From NCBI RefSeq assembly GCF_009914755.1, contig NC_060927.1: a stretch of 64,000 nt of DNA; one strand, given 5' to 3'. Every line of letters begins with the position of its first letter. Positions within the stretch are counted from its first letter, which is position 1. The notes under the pieces were generated by a model. The model was not told where the DNA came from. It saw only the letters and a list, made by a program, of their open reading frames with translations, and ran no database searches. This DNA comes from the human T2T-CHM13v2.0 reference genome, Homo sapiens. Made by a program: the position numbers and the translations under genes. Positions 54,765 to 64,000 of the stretch are shown piece after piece.

Positions 54765-55290
54765 GTTGTATTCAAGCACAGCTTCCGCCTAAAGTAGGGC
54801 TGGAGGCAAAGGTTCACATACAGGTGGTGTTGATTCAGGTGGTGACCCCAAGGAGCAGGAGTGAGTTACAGTTTAAGAGTGAAACCAGAAAGAGGGGAGA
54901 ACCAATAAAAAGATGCATTCCTAATGCAGCTTCCACAGGAGAAACTAGTGCTCAATTCCTTGGGAACTTCTAAAGAACGTGTGGAACGCATCTGAGAACT
55001 GCCCACCCGACAGTGGAAAGAGGGAAGCATTTAGCCATAGGTTCCTGTCCTCTGTTGGTCAAGGGTAGCTCCGTGGGGGATAACCCTGCACAGTTCTAGG
55101 ATGCAGAGTGATAAGTGTCAGTATCACAAGGCTGTGGTCCAGGACAGGAAGTGAGAGGTATGCGGTGTGGGCCCAGGTTAAGGTGCTGCCACTGCACATC
55201 TGTGAAGCTGCTCAAAGCATGTGACCCCCTGGGTTCTGTATTCTGGCTGGAGTAAGAGGCAGTCTGAAGAGGAGCTTTCCAGAAAGCTTT
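54765..55290 (-). mobile_element. LTR16-family ERVL LTR
   Basis: ggtgaccccaaggagcaggagtgag...accaataaaaagatgc...gctcaattccttgggaact...gcatttagcca...ttggtcaagggtagctcc. Confidence 0.65.
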
Positions 55291-55377
55291 GGAGTGTTGT
55301 GTCTGCTTCTACCATGTCTCTCCCTGGAGTCCAGGGCACAGGCTAAGCCTGCTTGAGGCCTGCTGCTTGCCAAAATC

Positions 55378-55892
55378 TGTATTAGTTTCTGATTGCTGCT
55401 CTAAGAAATTACCAGAAAATCAGTGGCTTCAAACAATATTAGTATATTATTATTCTACAGTACTGGGGTCAGAAGTCCAATACAGGTCTCACTGCGCTAA
55501 AATCAAGGTATTGGCCAGGCGGTATTTCCTTTCTGGAGGATCCAGGAGAGAATCTGTTTTATTGCCTTTTCCAGCGTCTAGAAGCTGCCTGCATTTCTTG
55601 GTTTGTGGCCCCTTTCTCTATCTTCAAAGCCAGCAATGACCACTTGAGTCTTTCTCACATTACATCACTCTGCCTCTTCTGCCTCCCTCTTTTATTATAA
55701 GGACCCTTGTGATTACACTGGGCCACCTTAATAATCCAGGATAGTTTCCCCATCTCGAGGTCAGCTGATTAGCCAACTTAATTCTTCCTGCAACCTTAAT
55801 TCCTTTTTGCCAATAACATAACATAACATATTCATTGGTTGTAGGGATTAGGATGTGGATGTCTTTGAGTTACCATTATTCTGCCTGCCACA
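55378..55892 (-). mobile_element. MLT1D-like MaLR LTR
   Basis: tgtattagtttc...gggtcagaagtcc...ggtctcactgcgctaaaatcaaggt...aggacccttgtgattacactgggcc...ccattattctgcctgccaca. Confidence 0.9.
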
Positions 55893-56094
55893 GATACTGT
55901 CCTGCCTTTCTTTGAAAAGAAGAGCTCATGATTTACAAGGTTAATCAGGGCTGACTTTTTACACTGTCCTTGGAGCCAGGAAGGGAGAACCTGCTTGTCC
56001 CTGAAACTGTCCCTAGGATCCCACATGATCCTGGCACAGCAGCCTGCTCTGTCAAGGACAACTAAGCTCAGTAAAGCTCCAGGTCAGCTTGGGC

Positions 56095-56260
56095 ATCATG
56101 GGAAGAGCCTGAGCTTCACAGACAGAGGGACTGAGCTCCTACCCCAACTCACCGACTAGCTAGTGGTGAGACCTAGAGCAGGTCACTCAACCTTTCTGAG
56201 CCTCCATACTCCCATCTGTACAGCAAGGCTAATGCCCTAGGGGGCAGTCAGGATTAGAAA
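56095..56260 (+). mobile_element. MIR
   Basis: gagcaggtcactcaacctttctgagcctccatactcccatctgtacagcaaggctaat. Confidence 0.7.
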
Positions 56261-58052
56261 TCATTTTTTCTACCATTAAAAAAAAATTATTGAAGTCTCA
56301 CTATGTGACTGGCACAAGGCTAACTCCTGGCAGAAGGCTAACTCCCTGCTCTCATCAAGCTTGGATTTTAGTTGGGTCTAACATGTGGGAAGTCCTTAGA
56401 TAGCCTGGGAACACAGGTACGCAATAAATTGAAAACATCTTTTGAGCTCTCAAGCCTGCAATTATCAAGAAAATAATATTATGTTTTAGTTACTTATTGA
56501 TTTATAACATACAAAACTAAGCATAACCCCTATTCGACTTGATCCTCACAACAATAATCCAGGGATGGGGCAGAGAGCAGCCCTTCCATGGTTCCTCTTG
56601 CACCCACAGTGAAACCCTGTGCCTAATGCAAGCACCCTCAGTCATGCAGGGCAGGTCACCTCCTGTTCCGTTTCCATCCTTTCGGGTTAAGGGTAAGAAA
56701 CCAAAAACTAAAAAAAAAAAAAAAAAAATTAAATGGCTCTTCTCTAGCACTGCAGATGCAGTAACATATTTATACTATGCTCTCACCTGGTATAAATGTT
56801 TTGACCATATTCGGGGGTGGTGGAGGGTGAGGAGAATGTTTGCGCTTCTCTTTTTGCAGTTAGCCCAGGTTGTTAGCTGCATGTTCTCTTGTCTCTCTCT
56901 CCCACAAAGCTGTGAACTCATCGCCTAGGGACAGCGGGTCTTAGGAGGCCCCCATAGCAAGACCCAGGGAGGAACTTTGCAATTATTTAGCAGCTCTTGG
57001 GAAGCACTTGCTAAATCCAACCCCCTCACCCATCCCAGTCGCTTGGTGGAGGAGACCCCTACAGAGTCCCGGCCAGAAGTCTCAGATGGCTATCCCATGC
57101 AAGACAGTCTCTCGAGGGCTCCATTGTTATACTCAAGTTGGCAGGAATAAGCTTCAGCCAGCTGGCCCGAGGATCCAAGTGATACCAGCTGGTCCCCAAC
57201 CTACAGAGTGATCATGAGCATGTCTGTGAACTGGTATCTGACAGTTCGCTGTTCCCCATCTCCAGTTCCTGGAAGGGAAGCTACAACCTAACGGTGCCAA
57301 GGAGGGGTGGCTTGATGTGGAAGGCGGTTGTCCCTCACTGTCCCGATTACCCACCGCGTGCCTCTGCCTCCCTTTCCCACACTCTGCTGCTTTGCTACCG
57401 TGGTGCCGGTGCTCAGTTTGTCAGGCCTCCCAGGCTCAGCAGGCAGGATGCCGTAATTCTCAAGAATAAAGAAAACATTTTAGAGTCTGACAAGCCCAAC
57501 ATTTGCATGTCTGTTTTCAGAGAAATACCCATGTTGGGGGATTAATCCTCTTTCTTCTGCCCCCCTCCCATCCAGCCCAAAGTAGGAAAACATTCTTGAC
57601 ATAGTTGCCTGAAAAGGATTTCTAAAGAGAAAAATACTGCCCATGCCCTGTGATTTCAGGCACTTAGTGTGAAAAGCACCCAGAGGAAGGTGATAGGGTA
57701 AAGAACAGAAAAGAAAATATCCTCTTTAGTCAAATAGATTGTTGATCTTAAAGTGGACGGTGCATTAGCTTTGTCTCTAGTCTCCAGAAATAGACATGTT
57801 GGTGCTCTACTTAAAAAGGCATGATTTCTGCACTAAGAGCCGAGCCTGTGCTCCCCTAGGCTGTGGATTGGAGGATAGTAAATGGGGAAAGGGGCAAAAG
57901 CCCAAGGCCCAGAGAGGCACTCGGCAGAGGAGAGAAACACAGGGTTTATCTCTTGGAGCATTTTACACTAGGACTTAGGCTTATCCAGATGCTAAGAGAC
58001 TCTGAATTTGGAAGAGAAAAAATACATTTTACCTCATATTTGGGAAGGCCTG

Positions 58053-58308
58053 CTTCCCAAAGGTCTGCCTCACTCTTGGGGAGGTCCTCTCTGATCTGCT
58101 CTGAGCATTAAAAGTAAATTTATGAAAGAATTCCTGGAGAAAAGCCAACTAGGGCGACTTGTTCTGAATCATTAAAGTTTCTGTCTTAAAAGATGATTTC
58201 CACAAAGGCCGACTCTATTCTCGTCTCTCAGGTTGGGAAGCTGATGAACTTGTAAGCAGTAAGGGCCCTCTGATGAGATGAACTTTGCTCCCATTGTTCC
58301 AAAGAAAG
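58053..58308 (+). repeat. Left arm of ~250-bp inverted repeat
   Basis: Reverse complement of 59112-59357, roughly 80% identity by eye, one ~10-nt indel. Confidence 0.95.
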
Positions 58309-59111
58309 CGAACCTGTGCCCAGGAAGGCGATTGAGGATGGAGGGGCTGGTCCAGGCAGATGTAGCAAAAGGCAATTTTAAAGTTCTTAAGACAATGTGG
58401 GCATGCCCAAGATCACAGCCATGCACCCATGCATCCATTCAACAACTGAATGTTTGTGTTGGCCAGAGCCCTGTATTAAATGGCGATTCCCTTCAACCTC
58501 GAGAGGGCACGTAAGCCCACAAAGTCCTGGAAAGGAGATACGATGGGAAGCGCAGGAAATTCAGAGAGCCCACGGTGAGTGTGAGTGGACTGACCACGGT
58601 GGAGCCATGAAAGCATCTCAATACCAACCCCAGAGGCAAGGCCCAGTGCGTGGTGGTGAAGACAGGTGGTCCAGGACAGCCTGGATGCTCAGAGAACTTC
58701 CTGTGGGCCAAGCCCAAAATGGCACAGGCTGAGGCAGCACATCCTGCGTGTCCATCAGGAGAGCAGTTTCCAAGTGGAGCCATGGGGAAGGAGCCAACAG
58801 GAAAGGACCCTCTTCTCTGAGGAGCTAGGGACATGGGGAGAGCTCTCCACCTGAGCCTGGGCCAAGAGGAGGGAACGCCTGGCAGGACCCAGTGCCCAGA
58901 ACAAAGGAGCTTGTGTCAGGGCCTCTGGGATAGGGACCAGGGGAGGCCAGCGGCGTGAGGCCCAGGTGAGACTTGCACTGCACAGTGATCATCTGGACAT
59001 GCTCTCAAGCACCACAAAGAATTGTCGCCTGATTGCTGGAAAGCAGAGGGCCGGGCTGGGGCAGACCCGAAAGGGGAACCTTGAGAAAAGAAATGGAGGG
59101 AGGCAGGAAAA

Positions 59112-59357
59112 CTTTCTTTGCAACAATGGTAGCAAAGTTCATCTCATCGGAAGGGCCTTGTTGCTTACAAGGTCATCAGCTTCCCAACCTAAGAGATGGG
59201 GATAGACCTGGCCTTTGTGGAAATCATCTCTTAAGACAGAATCATCAAAAATTCACTCTAGTTGGCCTTTCTCCAGGAATCCCCACACAAATTAACTTTA
59301 TATGCTCAGAGCCAGTCAGAGAGGACCTCCCCAAGAGCGAGGCAGATGTTTGGGAAG
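59112..59357 (-). repeat. Right arm of ~250-bp inverted repeat
   Basis: Exact shared blocks include gatgagatgaactttgct, aggttgggaagctgatga, agatgatttccacaaaggcc and ctcttggggaggtcctctctga. Confidence 0.95.
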
Positions 59358-59583
59358 TGAAACCAGAGACTTTGCCTTAAAGGGGACACATTCCCTCCTG
59401 CTCCCCACTAATCCTAGAGTCTGCAATAAGCTGTCTGAGATAAGAGGGGCGAAGAAACCAGCCAGAGAAGAGATGCAAAATTCCTTAAAGTTCTTGATCT
59501 GTAGTTCTTATCCCAAACGTGTGGCAAAAAAAGAAAGCTACCCACCACCTTTATGCCTTTCTCCCAGTAAAAGACTAATTTCA

Positions 59584-59893
<310 letters not shown>

Positions 59894-61029
59894 AAGACTA
59901 ATTTCAAAAATCCCTCTTAGGTACACAGCAGAGTATAGCATACAAAATGCATTTGGCCCTCTCACCCTGGGTTTCATTCTGCGATTTCCCTATAAGCATT
60001 TAGATTTCCTTCTGCATGACCCAAGCTAAGACTGGAAGGGAAGCTTGCCATCAGCTGACAGTGAGGAGTGGCAGGTAGACAGGCCTTAGGAGAAGGGGGA
60101 GGTCAGTGTCTTGGGACGTCCGGCCCCAATTCTGACCCCCAAAAGGAGAGCATCAAGGCCCAGAAGCATTCAAGCAGAGGTGAAAGCACACCCCACACCA
60201 GCAGCATCTGCCTCACTGCCACCCCCAACCCCAACTTAACCACCCGGTTCTGCTCGGGGCTGAACTGATTAGTCATTCATAATGCTTAAGTCATTAATTC
60301 AGGAAGGAAGCCACGCTAGCTGCCTCTTCTCACTGGGAGTTTGCTGCCGTTGCAAAACAGATGAGTAATCAGACATTCCGGGAGCCCTCGTTAAGCCCAT
60401 TGCCAAGAAAGGTGTCTTGCAGCTCATTTGCTGCGGGGGAAGCCACGCTACAGGCCCTGAGTCACGCTGGATCCAGGGGAGGGCAAGGCCAAACTTGCTG
60501 GAGTGCAACATTGCATCACCGAGATCTGCGACGGAGAGGCTTACCCAGCCACCGAGCTCCACTGACCTCACCCACAGCCCCAGCTGGGGCTGACCCTCTG
60601 TGGGCTGCTCCGCTGCTTCTGGGGTTCGGGGAGGCTCAAGGGGTCAGAGACAGACATCCTGGGAGGGACACCCGGTACTAGATGGAGTCTTATGTCCCTA
60701 TATGACAGGTGCTAAAACTGAGGCCCACAAAGGCAGTGACACTTGCCTAGAGTCAAACCTAATTCAAACAGATTTAGGATAGAATTTCATCTCAGTTTTT
60801 TTGTCCCCAGCAATTTTCACTGCACCAAATTACATCAATAGGTAATGCAGGTAATGTTAAAGGCTAGACTGTGAATGGCAACGTAGTAAAAACTACCCGA
60901 CGTCCAGCAGCAGCAAGTACTTTAGAAAATTGTGGTCAAATAAAATGAAATGCTAACCATCCATCTAAAAAAGATTGTTACCACTTTACATTCTGATATG
61001 GAGCTGTCTCCAGGATACGCTTTTTATTG

Positions 61030-61324
61030 CTGTTGTTGTTGTTGTTTGTTTTCTTTCTTTTTTTTTTTTCTTTTGAGATGGAGTTTTGCTCTTGTCACCC
61101 AGGCTGGAGTGCAATGGCGTGATCTTGGCTCACTGCAACCTCCGCTTCCCGGGTTCAAGCTATTCTCTGCCTCAGCCTCCCGAGTAGCTGTGATTACAGG
61201 CGTGCTCCACCACGCCCAGCTAATTTTTGTATTTTTAGTAGAGATGGGGTTTCGCCATGTTGGCCAGGCTGGTCTCGAACTCCTGACCTCAGGTGATCCA
61301 CCTGCCTCAGCCTCCCAAAATGCT
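61030..61324 (-). mobile_element. AluS (Sq-like), 5'-truncated by ~30 nt, with (TTG)n/polyT tail
   Basis: gagttttgctcttgtcacccagg...cctcccaaaatgct, then non-Alu sequence. Confidence 0.94.
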
Positions 61325-62659
61325 CTTAAATGGTTTTTAAGAGCAAGAAAGCAACTTATGGAGACAGTACGTATGGTGCACTACTGTGTGAAGGAGGGAC
61401 ACACACACACTCCATAACACCTAGTGTTCCAAAGGAGTGCAAGGGCTGGCACTAGCCATGCGAGTTATTATCAGAGTGCATTTTCCAACCCGTGCCCTGA
61501 GTCGAGCTTCCATGAGTGCCTCTAACTTGTGGCCACTGAGCCTGGCCAGCCCCGTTTCCCTGTACCCCTCCTCCACCCCAGTGCATCTCCATGCCTGAGT
61601 GTCCAGGTGCTCAGGAACCTCTGCGCAGGCAAAGCTCTGGGAGAGGCCCCTTGGTACCCCCTACTCCCCCTTCCCCTAGTGTCAGACAATGGAGGCCCAG
61701 CTTCGAAGCTTGCCTGAGGTCACAAACGGACAGCCCCAGAAAGAAAATGCTTCATGCCTCCGTGTCTTAAAGCTTTCATTCTTTGTGAGTTGTCTGTTCA
61801 CACATAAAGACCCCTGAGAGGAATCACACCTTGAGCTCAATCAGCCACCACCTCATTATTTACCCACCAGCCTCTCCTTGGGTATTAACTCACACCCAGG
61901 GAACAGCAAAGATCTCAGGAGAGGGCCTGATTGCTCACCCACCCTCCAGATGGCTTCAGGGCACAAACTGCTCCCCAGCTCCTACTCCAACCCCAGGGAG
62001 GAGGGGCCATCTGAGCTGTATCTGGTCGACCTGTGGTGAGAACAGAGCCTCTGGGTAGGACTGAGTCCTTCCACCATCCCATGAGTCACCTAGAAAAGTT
62101 GCTTCAGGAACTCCTAATATCATTTTTCACCTCCCAAGGAGTTCACATCTATGCACACGTTTCCATCTTACAGACCAGGAAACAGGCTCAGAGAGAAGAA
62201 GGGAATTATGTACCTCGGTTTAGAGCCAAAGTGTCCTGCCTGCATTCCAGCTGTTTCCATCCATGTCCATGTCAACTGGCATCTGGAACTACTCGTAGCA
62301 GCATCCACTCAATGTGAGTTGACTAAATGGAGGAAAATCTACTATGGTGCTTGGAAAAACTGGGACTCTCATGATTTAGGATATAAAGATTTGTCGTCTG
62401 TCTGAATGGAAGAAAGAACAGGGCAGTGCTGTGGGGACACTAGGACGTCCTAAGGAAACACACTCACTAATTTAGGGTAATCAATCAGGTAATACTATTT
62501 ATGGGCTATTAATGATACATGAGGATCACACTCGGCCCAAGTTCTTTGCTTTGTTTCACTCTCTTGCTCTGACACCCTCTCCTAAGTTTCAAGGCTTTTC
62601 CCTCCCACCACCCCTCCCAGCCATATCACCACCACCATATTTTAATTCCCCATTTTTCT

Positions 62660-62996
<337 letters not shown>

Positions 62997-64000
62997 CTTA
63001 TTCCCCATTTTTCTGTCCACCCTCCCTTTGTCACCATCGCAAACGTCTCCCAGGACGGACTGGGCTTGCCTTCATATTGACCACGCATGTTTATGCTGGG
63101 ACACTCTTTCCTTTTTGAGGTTCTTCCCTCTTATTGATGTGCTTATTAATTAATCAGATGTTTACTGAACACCTGCATGCAAGACCCTTTCCTAGCGTCA
63201 CTGCGTATGAATAATCATTGAAAATTACACAGAGTTTGGTATATGTCTCGTAAGAACTAAAGAGGAAAAGTTACTCTATAGAATCCTAAAATGAAATAAC
63301 TTCTAAGCAACAAGATAGCAGTAAAAAGCTTGAGTTTTTATTAATGTATTATTATTATTTATTAATTATATTCCTCTGTCTGAAATCTTCCCTCAGTCAC
63401 CAGGGTGGAATCGATAAATGGCAACATTTTCCTCTCTGATGTTTTTTAACTGCATTAAAAGGCATGGAGTTTTAATTTCACATGCATTTGTTTCTGGGTC
63501 TTGGGTCGTTTTTTTTTTTTTTCTTCTTCCTCAAAGCAGATAAATGAGGTTCCAAACTTCAGATAATAAGGCTTAACAGTGAGGCGCTTTTTAAAAAGTG
63601 AATCATTTCTCAGTTCTCCTTTGCTAACCTCTCTTGGTAACATTAATTATGAGTTTGTGCACTGTGCCCCAAGGCGAGCTCGGCTTTCCCAGGACAATTA
63701 AAGTTACTTAATTATTAAAAACTGTGTGTGCTGCTGCCCAGAGAGAAAGAGGCGGCCAGGCCTGGCTCCCGCAGCCCCTCACAGGAGTGACTGGACACTG
63801 TGGGAACCGGCCCCTTTCCCTCACCATTGTCATTCTTTCAGTATAATCTATGAAAATCCCCCCCACCGCCGCGGCCTCTCCCACCTCTGCATGAGTGATT
63901 TAGAGACTGCCCACCACTGAGTCCAGCCTGCCGGCTAGTCCTTGTCCTGGGGTGAAAGAGGGGCCCTTGAGCCTGGAGGCGGAGGGAGATGACCAGGCCT

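Noticed and set aside
58172-59380. Two similar ORFs on opposite strands as paralogous small genes
   Set aside because: The similarity follows from the DNA inverted repeat; starts and ends differ, an indel breaks collinearity, and no domain is recognisable.

Overview
Primate genomic DNA, probably human or another ape (AluJ/S/Y, L1MA, MIR, L2, MER, MLT/MST elements). I find no protein-coding exon, tRNA, rRNA or CRISPR array. The long ORFs in the track come from Alu, L1, GC-rich sequence or repeats. About half of the window is recognisable repeat: about 22 Alus plus one FAM, a 3.1-kb 5'-truncated L1MA, many MIR/L2 pieces, MER5/MER81/MADE1/Tigger3a DNA-transposon relics and MaLR/ERVL LTRs. The unique part looks like a cis-regulatory landscape: two orphan CpG islands (about 28.9-29.3 kb and 41.35-42.15 kb), a consensus CTCF site and several TE-free, motif-dense candidate enhancers. 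The strongest unexplained structure is a ~250-bp, roughly 80%-identical inverted repeat that matches no family I recognise (58053-58308 / 59112-59357). Others are a 105-bp near-perfect tandem duplication, a 30-bp VNTR and a twice-repeated homeodomain+NKX2 composite motif. I cannot name the locus or a host gene. TE subfamily calls are by eye and boundaries are approximate.
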